Below are positions 1-10,017 of a stretch of DNA of 64,000 bases, piece by piece. The position numbers and the translations under genes are program-made. Positions within the stretch are counted from its first letter, which is position 1. Each line of letters begins with the position of its first letter. This stretch comes from Caldisericota bacterium (GTDB lineage Bacteria; Caldisericota; JANLFM01): NCBI GenBank assembly GCA_024655865.1, contig JANLFM010000006.1:16183-80182 (forward strand). Reading direction: 5' to 3'. The notes beneath the pieces are model-generated. The model ran no database searches and was not told where the DNA came from. It saw only the letters and a program-made list of their open reading frames with translations.

Positions 1-645
1 CAGAGGAACCTTAGAGAAGAGGAGAAAAAAGGAAGAACCCAAAAGATATGAGAGCGTTACTGCCGAGTCAAGGCTATTCCTCAAGGCCAAAAAGATTGCC
101 CCAAGCAAAATGGCAAGAAGGGAATAGCTTCCCAGCGCCTGGTTCCCGGAACTTAAAAGGAAGAGCTCATACCATGATTTTGCCCGGATAACCGTTTGAC
201 CGGTCTCCTCCAGTGAAGGCCAGCTATAGCTTAACGCTCCCGGAAAAATAAAAAAGATAAGGATTAAGGCCAGGATCAGGGGTGAAAAAATGCTTCTCCC
301 CAACCCTCCAGGGATTGTTTTCCCTAAAAGGACAGTAAGTGCGGCCACAAGCACCGGGATGTAAAGGGGGGCTGAAGGAGGAAGAACAAGGGCCGAAAGC
401 ATGCCCATGGATATAGCCCAGCCGTCGTCCAGGGAGAAACTTTGAGAGAGGGCAAAAGAAAAAACTATCTCTGCACAAGCCGCCCCCAGGGCAGAGATCA
501 AGAGGAAAAGGAGAGAGGGCCCGATGCCGTAAGAAAGGGCTCCGGCCACAAAAGCCGGGGCTAAGGCCACGATCAAATCCCAGTTGCTCTTATAGTAGTT
601 CTTCCCAAAAATGTGAGGGGGGAAAGCAGTGGACCTTTTTCTCAT
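1..645 (-). CDS. rnfD: RnfD/NqrB-like membrane subunit, partial (C-terminus runs off the window start)
   Basis: Manual minus-strand translation is open from the ATG at 645..643 to position 1 (215 codons). The product is hydrophobic, and 'GKTIPGGLGRSIFSPLIL' matches the RnfD 'GGLGxNxFNPA' region. Its ATG overlaps the rnfC-like TGA stop (ATGA), which suggests translational coupling. It is not in the ORF track because no stop falls inside the window. Confidence 0.6.
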   Translation of the reverse strand, partial: MRKRSTAFPPHIFGKNYYKSNWDLIVALAPAFVAGALSYGIGPSLLFLLISALGAACAEIVFSFALSQSFSLDDGWAISMGMLSALVLPPSAPLYIPVLVAALTVLLGKTIPGGLGRSIFSPLILALILIFFIFPGALSYSWPSLEETGQTVIRAKSWYELFLLSSGNQALGSYSLLAILLGAIFLALRNSLDSAVTLSYLLGSSFFLLFSKVPL

Positions 646-1904
646 TTCACCAGCCTTTCCCGCGCCCTTTTCAGATACTTCTGATGAGGGATGTGAGCCG
701 GGCAAATATACGAACAAGTGCCACAGAAGATGCAATTTTCCGCGCCCAGGTCGTCCAGCGCCTTCCAGTTCCGGGACTTGACCGCCTCACAGATAAAGAC
801 AGGATAAAGCCCCATGGGGCAAGAATCGATGCAGGAGCCACAGAGAATGCAACTTGTTTCCAGGAAAGGATTTCTTTCGGGGAGAAAAACAAAGCCCCTG
901 CTGTAACGGGTGATGGGTACTTCCAGAGAATTTATCACTTGCCCTCTTAAGGGACCGCCCATAATGATCATCCCTGGTTCCACGGTGAAGCCGTCACATT
1001 GAGCTACCAGTTCCTCAAGCATGGTCCCTATCCTTACCCTTATATTTTGGGGATTTCTAATAGCCGGACCGGTTATGGTCACCACTTTTTCCATAAAGGG
1101 TTGGCGTAAGACTACTGCTTCATGAGAATAAACTGCCAGGGGGAGGTCAATGATCAAGGAATTTTCTTCAGGAACCCCGAGTATCTTTCTTATGAGCACA
1201 GGGTGATCCAGGGGATAGCGGGGCGGAAAAACTTCTAAGGAGATTTGTTTCTTAGCAAAAATCAGGTCACCGAGGTCCTCCAGGATTCCCTTATTCTCGG
1301 TGGAGATCACCAGGATCGCCCTCTCTGCCTCAACAGCCTGGACGAGAAACTCGATTCCCAAAAGGAGCTCCTTGGGTTTCTCTTCCAGGAGGCGCTGGGT
1401 GGAGGTCAGGTAGGGCTCAAGCTCGCAACCATTTACGATCAGGGTGAGAGGGGCGCTTTTCCCAATTAACTCCAGATCCAGGTTTACAACGCCCATGCGG
1501 TAAAGGAGAGAGCGCAGTTCGTCAGGGGAAAACTCCGTCTTGGCCATAGTAATGGGCAAAAGGAGCTCATCCTTCCTGGGCATAATCACGATCGTTTCCA
1601 CCGGTTCCGCGGACCATGGGACCACCGACTTCTCGACTGCCACGACCTCGCCCCATACCGGAGAAAAGAGCGGAAGCGATTCCTTCTCAGAGGGTGCGGC
1701 CACTTGCTGCCCCCTTTTTACGGAACTCCCGGGGCGAACCAGGGGCTTCAGAGGAATGGTATTTGCCCTTTCTTGCAGGGGCAGACAGACCTTTTGAGGA
1801 AGGGCTGAGGGGCGAATCAGTTTGTCAATAGTGGCATCCTGGCGTAAGGGGATCCATACGCCCTGAGGGAAAAATCTGGATTCTGACCTTCCTCTTTTCA
1901 GCAA
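642..1904 (-). CDS. rnfC: RnfC-like electron-transport subunit with two C-terminal 4Fe-4S motifs
   Basis: The N-terminus has an RnfC_N-like stretch (PLQERANTIPLKPLVRPGSSVKRGQQV). 'IVNGCELEPYLT' matches the RnfC 'NGAECEPYLT' signature, and 'IIMGGPLRG' is also present. Two ferredoxin motifs are present: CILCGSCIDSCP and CIFCGTCSYICP. The Gly-rich GGAGFP FMN/NADH motif is not recognisable. Confidence 0.6.
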   Translation of the reverse strand: MLKRGRSESRFFPQGVWIPLRQDATIDKLIRPSALPQKVCLPLQERANTIPLKPLVRPGSSVKRGQQVAAPSEKESLPLFSPVWGEVVAVEKSVVPWSAEPVETIVIMPRKDELLLPITMAKTEFSPDELRSLLYRMGVVNLDLELIGKSAPLTLIVNGCELEPYLTSTQRLLEEKPKELLLGIEFLVQAVEAERAILVISTENKGILEDLGDLIFAKKQISLEVFPPRYPLDHPVLIRKILGVPEENSLIIDLPLAVYSHEAVVLRQPFMEKVVTITGPAIRNPQNIRVRIGTMLEELVAQCDGFTVEPGMIIMGGPLRGQVINSLEVPITRYSRGFVFLPERNPFLETSCILCGSCIDSCPMGLYPVFICEAVKSRNWKALDDLGAENCIFCGTCSYICPAHIPHQKYLKRARERLVK

Positions 1905-3010
1905 ATCCTCGGTAGTTGCTCCCCTGAGAGAGGGGCAAGCACCCTTCGTCCTCCAATCCGAGTGGAGAGCAGTGCCACTCCTTCAGGTTTTTCCAAGCAT
2001 TCACCGATGAGCGTTGCCTGGGTACCCAGGGGGTGTCCTTTTAGTACGGTGAGCGCCTTCTCCGCATTCTTTTTCGGAAGTATAATTACCATTCGGCCCT
2101 CACAGGCTAAATAAAGGGGATCAAGACCGAGCATGTCACAGGCAGCGCGAACGGTTTCCCCTATGGGAATTTTATCCTCTTCCGCCTGAAGGCACAATCC
2201 CGATTCCCGGGCCAGCTCAGCAAGGGTTGTTGCCAGACCACCCCTTGTAGGATCCCTCATAGCGTTTATTTTTAACCCCGCTTTAACCAAGGAATCAATC
2301 AAAGGCCAGACCGGAGCGCAGTCGCTTTGAAGCTCTAAGTTGCGAAAGAAGCTTTCTCTGGCCTGGAGTACAGCCATTCCGTGTTCTCCAATTGGCCCGG
2401 TCACTAAAATGGCATCTCCAGGCGAGATCAGTGCCGGTTGGGGATCAGGAATTTGCCTCCTTACGCCTATGGCGCTTGTGGAGATATAAAGTTTGTCCCC
2501 TGCCCCCTTTTCCACGACCTTTGTATCCCCGGTTACTAAAGCCACTCCCGCTTCCTTGCAGGTTCTGCTCATCGATTCCAATACCCTATCCAGCTCCTCC
2601 ACCTCAAGCCCTTCTTCCAAAATCAGCGAGGCGGAAAGGAAAAGCGGCTCAGCGGCCACGGCTGCCAGATCGTTGATTGAGCCGGAAACAGCCAATTTCC
2701 CGATATCTCCTCCAGGAAAGAAAATGGGGTGTACAACGAAAGCGTCTGTCGTAAAGGCGAGTCTACCTGAGCACTCTAAAAGAGCGCTGTCTAAGAGTTG
2801 CTTCAAGGGAGCGGAATCAAATCTGGGCAGGATGTGGCGTTCGATCAAATCCTGAGTTGGCCTTCCTCCGCTTCCGTGCGCCAGCGTGATAATTTCCTTT
2901 TTCATGGGTGCTCCTCGTAATGATAGGCTGCCGCGCAGGAACCCTCGGAAGAAACCATGCACGGTCCTACCGGAGAATCTGGAGTGCAGACCCTGCCAAA
3001 AAGAGGGCAC
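1898..3010 (-). CDS. hypE: [NiFe] hydrogenase maturation protein HypE
   Basis: AIR-synthase-like fold with 'AHGSGG' near the N-terminus. The C-terminus ends in PRIC, the HypE cyanation cysteine motif. It overlaps hypD and the rnfC-like gene. Confidence 0.9.
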   Translation of the reverse strand: MPSFWQGLHSRFSGRTVHGFFRGFLRGSLSLRGAPMKKEIITLAHGSGGRPTQDLIERHILPRFDSAPLKQLLDSALLECSGRLAFTTDAFVVHPIFFPGGDIGKLAVSGSINDLAAVAAEPLFLSASLILEEGLEVEELDRVLESMSRTCKEAGVALVTGDTKVVEKGAGDKLYISTSAIGVRRQIPDPQPALISPGDAILVTGPIGEHGMAVLQARESFFRNLELQSDCAPVWPLIDSLVKAGLKINAMRDPTRGGLATTLAELARESGLCLQAEEDKIPIGETVRAACDMLGLDPLYLACEGRMVIILPKKNAEKALTVLKGHPLGTQATLIGECLEKPEGVALLSTRIGGRRVLAPLSGEQLPRIC

Positions 3011-3966
3011 TCCTGAGGGCTAATTACCCCTCTTAAGACCTCCCCGCAGCCGCACGCCGGGTATTCTCTGGAGCCCATGATCTTCAGGGGGAACCTGCGC
3101 CTGGCGTCAAAATCCCAATAGGGATGACGAAGTGCCAGACCGCTTTCCGGGATAATCCCGAGCCCTCTCCAATTGGCCTCCTGGGGCTCAAAAACCTCTT
3201 CCATCACCTTCAGGGCCTGGGGATTTCCCTCAGGCCTCACCGCTCTTCGATACTGAATTTCAATATCCGCCCTATCCTCCTTTTTTTGCTTTACAAGCAT
3301 GAAAAGGGCAAGGAGGATATCGTCTGGTTCAAAACCAGTAATTACACCGGGCAAATGGAATTCCTCCTTTAAGAAGAGGAAAGGTTTAGAACCGAGAATG
3401 GCACAGACGTGTCCAGGAAGGATAAAACCGTCGAGTTGAATCTCCTTCAAGGCTAAAAGCGCGCGCATTGCCGGGGGAATAAGCTTATGAAGGACAAGAA
3501 AGGAGAGGTTGGGTATATTTTCCGCCTTTGCTGTCTGTACTGTGCGCGCTATTAAAGGGGCGGTGGTCTCAAAGCCCACGGCCAGAAAGACCACCTCTTC
3601 TTTTGGGTGAGCGCGGGCCAGGTTCAGGGAATCCATTGGAGAATAGACTACCTCCACCTTTCCCCCAGAGGCTCGCGCTTCTAAGAGGCTTGTTTCGGTT
3701 CCCGGAACCCTGACCATGTCACCGAAGGTAGCAACGATTACCCCTGGTTGATGGGCGAGAGCTATGGCGTAATCGATATCCACTTGGGCGGTGACGCATA
3801 CGGGACATCCCGGTCCGGAAATAAGCTTCACGGAATCAGGAAGAAGCTTCTTTAATCCGGAGCGAGCGATGCTCACAGTGTGAGTACCGCAAACCTCCAT
3901 GAAACTGGCGCTCACACCCATTTTTGAAATTTTGCTCAAAACCTCTCTTGGTTCAAGGGATAACAT
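2902..3966 (-). CDS. hypD: [NiFe] hydrogenase maturation protein HypD
   Basis: Carries the GPGCPVCV and CGTH motifs and a cysteine-rich C-terminus (CTPDSPVGPCMVSSEGSCAAAY) typical of HypD. Confidence 0.9.
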   Translation of the reverse strand: MLSLEPREVLSKISKMGVSASFMEVCGTHTVSIARSGLKKLLPDSVKLISGPGCPVCVTAQVDIDYAIALAHQPGVIVATFGDMVRVPGTETSLLEARASGGKVEVVYSPMDSLNLARAHPKEEVVFLAVGFETTAPLIARTVQTAKAENIPNLSFLVLHKLIPPAMRALLALKEIQLDGFILPGHVCAILGSKPFLFLKEEFHLPGVITGFEPDDILLALFMLVKQKKEDRADIEIQYRRAVRPEGNPQALKVMEEVFEPQEANWRGLGIIPESGLALRHPYWDFDARRRFPLKIMGSREYPACGCGEVLRGVISPQECPLFGRVCTPDSPVGPCMVSSEGSCAAAYHYEEHP

Positions 3967-4171
3967 CCGCGTCCTTTAAAAGCTCAAGGGTTTCCCGAGC
4001 CTCTTCTTCCTCAAGCACGGAGATGGCAAAACCCGCGTGCACGATTACGTAATCGCCTACTTGAGCCTCAGGAACGAAATCCGTGCGAATTGTCTGCTTC
4101 AAACCCCCGACCTCTACCAGGGCCTCCTGGTCTTTAATTTCCACAATCTTTACTGGTATTCCTAAGCACAT
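3953..4171 (-). CDS. hypC: [NiFe] hydrogenase maturation chaperone HypC
   Basis: 72 aa starting with MCLGIP, the hallmark HypC/HybG N-terminus. It overlaps hypD and hypF. Confidence 0.85.
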   Translation of the reverse strand: MCLGIPVKIVEIKDQEALVEVGGLKQTIRTDFVPEAQVGDYVIVHAGFAISVLEEEEARETLELLKDADVIP

Positions 4172-6426
4172 TTTTCCTCCAATTTAGCACATGCAATTGC
4201 CCCCTGCCCTACGGAAATTGCTCCATCGTTTACGGGCAAGTTCCGAGGCAGCAGGACTTTAAAGCCTTCTTGCTCAAGCATCTCTAAAAGACGGGCAAGA
4301 AGCAAGAGATTCTGAAAGACTCCTCCCGAAAGGACGACCTGGGAAATGGCGTATCTTTCCCTTCCCCATTTACACCCCTCCAGTATTCCTCGGGCAAACG
4401 CCTCGTGAAATGAGAGGGCTAAATCCCGAGGGTTTTCCCCTCTCAGCTTGCGATAAGCGAGCTCCCTAACCATGGGGGCGGGATCGAGCAGAAAACGGTC
4501 TTCCTCCTTGTTGGGAAAATTCAGGGGAATAACGCTCCTTCCTTTTTCCGCTTCTCGCTCCAAAATAATGGCCGCCTGTCCCTCATAGGAGATCTCCCTG
4601 GAGAACCCCAAGATTGCGGAGATGGTGTCGAAGAGGCGACCAGCTGAGGAGGTCTGTGGGGAACCAAATCCCTTTCTCCACTGGGCCTCCAGAACTTTCA
4701 TTCTCTCTTCTCCAATTTCCGGGAAAATTTTTAAAGAAAGCACTGGAGAGCCTCCCTCGGCGTTCAAAAGGTGGCTCACAGCCATCCTCCATGGTTGCCT
4801 GATGGCTTCCTCTCCTCCCAGAAGAGGGAGATAATCAAGGTGACCGAACCTCTTGTAGGACCAGAGGTCGGCGATAAGAAACTCCATTCCCCAGATCGCT
4901 CCGTCATCCCCATATCCTGTCCCATCGCAGGAAACTCCGATCACGGGATGAAAAATGCGGTGCTCGAAGAGCACGGAGGCGATGTGCGCGTGGTGATGTT
5001 GCACGGGAATCTTCATCCCTACATTAAGGGAGAGGGCATACTGGGTCACGATGTACTGAGGATGCAAATCGTAAGCTACAACTTCTGGTTCTATCTGATA
5101 GAGCGCCTTTAAATGCTCAAGCGACGAAAGGAAGTGCTCGTAGCTTTCCCAGTTCTCCAGATCGCCTATGTGGTGGGAGAGAAAAAGGTAGTTTCTTTTG
5201 GTCAACGAGAAGGTGTTCTTCATCTCGGCCCCGGTGGCCAGAATGGAAGGGAAATTTCCCCAAAGCTTAAAGGGGAAGGGCGCGTACCCTCTGGCCCTTC
5301 TTACCATCTGAATTCCCCTGGAGTATGAGCCTAAAACGGAGTCGTCGAGTTTCTGAACGATTTCCCGGTCGTGCCACAGGAAAGCATCCGCAACCGCAGA
5401 AAGTTTACTCAATGCCTCCTCATTTGAAGCTACCAGGGGTTCGCCGCTCTCGTTGGCTGAGGTCATTACCAGGGCCTGAAACTCCTCCAAAAGCAGGTGA
5501 TGCAGCGGAGTGTAAGGGAGCATAATCCCGATTCGGTTATTGTCCGCGGAAAGGGAGGGTGCCAGGGGGGTACCCTCTCTCTTCGGAAGGATCACGATTG
5601 GCCTCCTCCAGCCAGTTAGCTCCCTTTGCGCTTCCTCAGAAACCCAGGCCAGGCTTTGAGCTACTTCCAGCGAGGGAACCATTATGGCCAATGCTTTGCT
5701 GGGCCTACCCTTTCTTTCCCTTAACCTGATCACGGCTTCCTCGTTTGTGGCATCGCAGGCTAAATGAAAACCGCCGAGCCCTTTGATCGCCAGTGTTTTT
5801 CCCTCCCTGAGCAATACTTTGGCGCGCTTTAGGGCTTCTTCCTCGAAAAGAACGCGCTCTCCTTCCTTCAAAGAGAGCTTTGGCCCGCACTTCGGGCAGG
5901 CCACGGGCTGAGCGTGATAGCGGCGATCCCTGATATCGTGATATTCCCGCTCACAGTCCGGGCACATAGGGAACTTCTTCATGGAGGTCCGGGCCCGATC
6001 GTAAGGCAAGGATTCGATAATCGTGAAGCGGGGACCGCAATTTGTACAGTTCAAAAAGGGGTAACGGTATCTCCGATCCGAGGGATCGCGCATTTCCCGC
6101 AAACAGTCCTCGCATGTAGCTACATCAGGGGGTATTAAGGTGATAGGCTCTTCCTCTGTCCGGGAGGAGCGAATTTGAAATTCCGCATAGCCCACGGGCT
6201 CCAGCTCCTCCACCTCCAGAGTCTCAAGGACAGCGAGCGGAGGGGGGTTATCTCTAAGTTCTCTGAGAAAAAATGGGGCCTTCTCCCCTTCCACTTCTAT
6301 CAAGACGCCTGAGGGTGAGTTCAACACCCACCCTTTAAGATTATATTTCAGAGCCAGGTTATGGACATAAGGTCGAAAGCCGACTCCCTGGACCACTCCC
6401 TCGGCCCTGATACGCAGTCTGACCAT
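4162..6426 (-). CDS. hypF: Carbamoyltransferase HypF
   Basis: N-terminal acylphosphatase domain (VQGVGFRPYV). Two CxxC zinc-finger pairs, then YrdC and Kae1-like domains, in a 754-aa protein. Confidence 0.9.
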   Translation of the reverse strand: MVRLRIRAEGVVQGVGFRPYVHNLALKYNLKGWVLNSPSGVLIEVEGEKAPFFLRELRDNPPPLAVLETLEVEELEPVGYAEFQIRSSRTEEEPITLIPPDVATCEDCLREMRDPSDRRYRYPFLNCTNCGPRFTIIESLPYDRARTSMKKFPMCPDCEREYHDIRDRRYHAQPVACPKCGPKLSLKEGERVLFEEEALKRAKVLLREGKTLAIKGLGGFHLACDATNEEAVIRLRERKGRPSKALAIMVPSLEVAQSLAWVSEEAQRELTGWRRPIVILPKREGTPLAPSLSADNNRIGIMLPYTPLHHLLLEEFQALVMTSANESGEPLVASNEEALSKLSAVADAFLWHDREIVQKLDDSVLGSYSRGIQMVRRARGYAPFPFKLWGNFPSILATGAEMKNTFSLTKRNYLFLSHHIGDLENWESYEHFLSSLEHLKALYQIEPEVVAYDLHPQYIVTQYALSLNVGMKIPVQHHHAHIASVLFEHRIFHPVIGVSCDGTGYGDDGAIWGMEFLIADLWSYKRFGHLDYLPLLGGEEAIRQPWRMAVSHLLNAEGGSPVLSLKIFPEIGEERMKVLEAQWRKGFGSPQTSSAGRLFDTISAILGFSREISYEGQAAIILEREAEKGRSVIPLNFPNKEEDRFLLDPAPMVRELAYRKLRGENPRDLALSFHEAFARGILEGCKWGRERYAISQVVLSGGVFQNLLLLARLLEMLEQEGFKVLLPRNLPVNDGAISVGQGAIACAKLEEKCA

Positions 6427-6460
6427 TTTTAAAATTATATCATATAAAAAGTTGTCCTTG

Positions 6461-9400
6461 CTATTTCAGGGGGAGGGTAAGAGAAACCGTGGTCCCCTTC
6501 CCTACCTGGCTCTCGATCCTGACTTCCCCTTGGTGGGCATCAAGGATTAGCTTGGTAATGTGCAGGCCGAGTCCGGTACCGGAAATGATGGCTTTAGAGC
6601 CGTGGGTTGAACGGAAAAACTTCTCAAAAATATGAGGCAGGTCCTCAGAGGGAATTCCCATTCCCTGGTCCTGAACTTTCAATATAGCCTTATCATTCTC
6701 CTTGGTTAGCTGAACCTTGATCGTGCCAGCCCCGAGGGAAAACTTTATAGCATTAGATAGGATGTTAGTCACGGCGAGGCGCATCAGGAACTGGTCCATT
6801 TTTACGAAAACGGGTTCCTCAGGAAGATCAAGCTCCACATTTATATTCTTTTCCCGGGCATATAGCTCAATAAAGTCCACTTCCTCCCTGACAATCCTGC
6901 TTAAGTCCTCCTTGCGAAGTTCCAGCGTGGTCAGGGATTCCTTTTTGGAGGCAATAAGCAAATTATCCACAAGGATGGCTAACCTCCTGAGGTTACGCTC
7001 CAAGACCTTAGCATATTCCCACATTTTCTCCCCAGTTTGCTTCCCGGAGCTCATAAACTCCAAAGCGGACATGGAGATCATCAATGGGGTTTTAAACTCG
7101 TGGGAGATGGTGTAGAGGAAATCCTCTTTGACCTGGGCCAGCTCTCTGATAGTCTCCACATCCCGCTCCAGTTGCCGCACTATTTCCTCTTTTTCCTTAA
7201 AAAGCAGGGCGTTTTCCACGGCGATTGAGGCTTGTTGAGCGAAAAGCCAGAGAGCTTCCTGGGCATCGGTTCCAAAAGCATCCTCCCTCTCATGATTTTC
7301 TAAACTGAAATATCCGAAAAGCTGCCCGTGGGCATAAATGGGAGCAGAAAGAAGCACTTTTATTTTTTGTAGTCCGCCTATCTCTTCCAACTGCTTTTTG
7401 ATAGTCTCTGGCAGATCTTGGCGCATGAGCTCCTCGCCCTTTGTTAAAACCGCCCTGTTTGCCGTCAACTTACGGGAAACAACGTTCTGAGGTAGCTTGA
7501 TTCCCCTTAGCTTCTGGAAATCGTAGCCCACCGCCTCCTTATAGAGGAAGTGATCGTTCTCTTTGACTAAGATGGAGCCTGTCTGGGCTCCGGGAACGAC
7601 CTGAACTGCCATCCTCAGGAGCTCCTTCAATAACTCGTCGATCTCGATTTTCTGGGAAATGTTTCTCAGCGCGGTGTTCAGGATTTCCATCAGTTTCCTT
7701 CTCTTCTCTACTTCCAGGTAGAGTCTGTTGTTTTCCAGGGCTACGGCTACGCTGGAGGCGAACGTGGAAAGCATTTCCAGATCCTTTTCCCCGAACTGAT
7801 TTAAGCCCATCTTCACCACTGAGATCACGCCGGTTGCCCTGTCTTTAACCTTCAAGGGGACCGCCATAAAGGATTCATCAATGATGGGGGTTCCTTGAAT
7901 GTGATGGCTCCTGGGATCGCGATCGGCATCGTTTAAAATCAGGGGTTCTCCAGTTTGGGCTACTAACCCTGCTAACCCCTGCCCCACCTTTTTGGGAAGC
8001 CTCTGAGGGAACTCTTCCTCGGGAAAGTTCAAATAATCGGGCCGATAGCGCCAGTAAAGAGGAGTCATTTCCCCGTCCCGCACCTCATAGATGATCACTC
8101 CCTGAGCATCCAAAAGCTGGCGCAGAGTGCTTACTGCTTGCTCCAGCGCAGCATTAATGTCCAAACCCGACACCAGGTCCAGAGAGGAGCGGTGGATGAA
8201 CTCCAGATCACGCAGGCGCTGCCTTAAAATCTCCTCCAGGCGCAGGCGAGCAAGGCCCATGCTCAGATATTGGGCCACAGTGCCCAGGAAGACCTTATCC
8301 TCCTCTTTGAACATACCTTCATGGGCAGAAAAGAGGCAGAGCATCCCTACCAGGTCTCCGGCCTGGATCAAGGGAAAGCCCAAGTAGGAGCCAATTTTAA
8401 TTCCTTCCTTCTCCAATTTGGAAAAATGAGACTCTTCTCCCTCAAGAAGGACGCTTGCTTGCGCTTCGTGGATGGGTTGAAATAGCCAGTACTCCTTTTT
8501 GGAAGCAGGCATTTTCTCCCAGGCGGAAGGAAGGATGGTCTTAAAGGAGAACTTCTCCCCTTTTTCTCCATAAAAAACCAGGGCTCCACCCTCGGCCCGG
8601 AAATATGAAACCACCTTTTCCAGGAGGTTCTGAAGGACTGAGTCTGCTCCCTGAAGGTCAAGCATGCGGCTCATATCCCGAGAGACATCGAATAAGAGGG
8701 CGATCTGCGCTGACCTTCTTTCTCTCTCCTGAGCAATAATCTTTTCCTCGGTAATATCAGCATAGAGGCCGATAACGAATTCTGGCTTCGGTCTTTGGCC
8801 CTTCACAGGAAAAATGGTAATCCGCAACCATTTTTTAGGCCTTCCGGGAAGGAGCACATGGCGCAGAGAGGAGAAGTCATACTCTACTTCCGTCTGAAGT
8901 TGTGTTCCTTCCTCAAATACCTTCATGATTTCCTTCGTTAGGCCTTGTGCGCTCAGAACCTCGTCCCGGAAGATATTGTATTTTCCCAGAAGCACGGTGT
9001 CCCTTTCCAGGGCGAAAAGCTGCATCGCCGCCTGGTTTAAACGGATAGCGGTTCCCAATCGATCAAAGACCAGAATCCCCTCAGGAGACTGATCGATGAT
9101 GGCTGAGAGAAACTGATAAGAGGATTCCAGAGCTTGTCTCTGCCGGGCAAGCTGGGTGATATCAAGAAGAATCACCGCAATCTGACCTTCAGCTCGTGAA
9201 GGTTGCCTCCAGAAAAAGGCCCGGACCCACTTCATAGTTTTGTCGTGTTCCAGAGGGAATTCCGTCTCGAAATCCTGCTTCTGGGAGCTAAGGAAGTTCT
9301 CCAGTTTTCGCTTGACCTCTTCTCGATATTCTCGTGGAAGGAGCTTGAGCCAGTCTTTGCTATTGAGGTAGTTCTCCCATTCAATTCCCTGGGAGGAGGC

Positions 9401-9997
9401 GCCTGGAGAGTAGTAAATCAGGTTCAGGGAGGAATCTAACTTCAGGAAGATGATTTCCGCTTTGGCCATCTGGTAGTCTAAAAGCTCGGCCACCTGGCGT
9501 AGCTGGACCTCAGCCTTCCTTCTTTCCAGTTCCGTGATCAAGGCCTGGGCTAAAAGGGCATAATAGTAGGTATCAGGACCATAAGGAACTCGGGGAGGCG
9601 TACGCTGTTCGCCCAAAAGGAGAATCCCGTAGGTCTTATCCCGGGAGATCAGAGGAAAAATAGCTACCGCCCCTAACTCCACTCCAAAATCGGCGACCAG
9701 CCTCTGAAACTCCTCCGGGTCGGATTCCCCTTTGATCAAAATGCGCGGTTTCCCCTCTCCTAATATGGACCAGAAAAGAGCCGGTTCGCCAGCGTAGACG
9801 TGGTTCAGCGCGGGGTTCCAGGTAGTTTCTCTTATAGGTTCAGCTGCTCTGACCTTGAGGCTATCGTCCTCCCTCAGGAGGATGCGGCAGAAGGTAGTGG
9901 GCAGTTTTTTGACGATGAACGAAGCGAGTCGCGATAGAGCCTTGTTTTCCTCGAGATCCTCCCCCAAAATTTCCAGAAATTCTGTAAATTCCTTCAT
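6461..9997 (-). CDS. Multi-GAF/PAS sensor histidine kinase (1178 aa), no receiver domain
   Basis: The C-terminus has an H-box (SHEFKTPL) followed by an HATPase_c domain (GTGLGLHITK). Several GAF/PAS-like blocks lie upstream of it. A GGAGG ribosome-binding site sits 8 nt before the ATG. Confidence 0.8.
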   Translation of the reverse strand: MKEFTEFLEILGEDLEENKALSRLASFIVKKLPTTFCRILLREDDSLKVRAAEPIRETTWNPALNHVYAGEPALFWSILGEGKPRILIKGESDPEEFQRLVADFGVELGAVAIFPLISRDKTYGILLLGEQRTPPRVPYGPDTYYYALLAQALITELERRKAEVQLRQVAELLDYQMAKAEIIFLKLDSSLNLIYYSPGASSQGIEWENYLNSKDWLKLLPREYREEVKRKLENFLSSQKQDFETEFPLEHDKTMKWVRAFFWRQPSRAEGQIAVILLDITQLARQRQALESSYQFLSAIIDQSPEGILVFDRLGTAIRLNQAAMQLFALERDTVLLGKYNIFRDEVLSAQGLTKEIMKVFEEGTQLQTEVEYDFSSLRHVLLPGRPKKWLRITIFPVKGQRPKPEFVIGLYADITEEKIIAQERERRSAQIALLFDVSRDMSRMLDLQGADSVLQNLLEKVVSYFRAEGGALVFYGEKGEKFSFKTILPSAWEKMPASKKEYWLFQPIHEAQASVLLEGEESHFSKLEKEGIKIGSYLGFPLIQAGDLVGMLCLFSAHEGMFKEEDKVFLGTVAQYLSMGLARLRLEEILRQRLRDLEFIHRSSLDLVSGLDINAALEQAVSTLRQLLDAQGVIIYEVRDGEMTPLYWRYRPDYLNFPEEEFPQRLPKKVGQGLAGLVAQTGEPLILNDADRDPRSHHIQGTPIIDESFMAVPLKVKDRATGVISVVKMGLNQFGEKDLEMLSTFASSVAVALENNRLYLEVEKRRKLMEILNTALRNISQKIEIDELLKELLRMAVQVVPGAQTGSILVKENDHFLYKEAVGYDFQKLRGIKLPQNVVSRKLTANRAVLTKGEELMRQDLPETIKKQLEEIGGLQKIKVLLSAPIYAHGQLFGYFSLENHEREDAFGTDAQEALWLFAQQASIAVENALLFKEKEEIVRQLERDVETIRELAQVKEDFLYTISHEFKTPLMISMSALEFMSSGKQTGEKMWEYAKVLERNLRRLAILVDNLLIASKKESLTTLELRKEDLSRIVREEVDFIELYAREKNINVELDLPEEPVFVKMDQFLMRLAVTNILSNAIKFSLGAGTIKVQLTKENDKAILKVQDQGMGIPSEDLPHIFEKFFRSTHGSKAIISGTGLGLHITKLILDAHQGEVRIESQVGKGTTVSLTLPLK

Positions 9998-10017
9998 TAA
10001 ACCTCCAATCCACCCCG

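Noticed and set aside
224-478. 84-aa minus-strand ORF from the track
   Set aside because: It lies antisense or out-of-frame within the open rnfD-like reading frame (1..645). The product is low-complexity with no motif. The rnfD-like frame explains the region.
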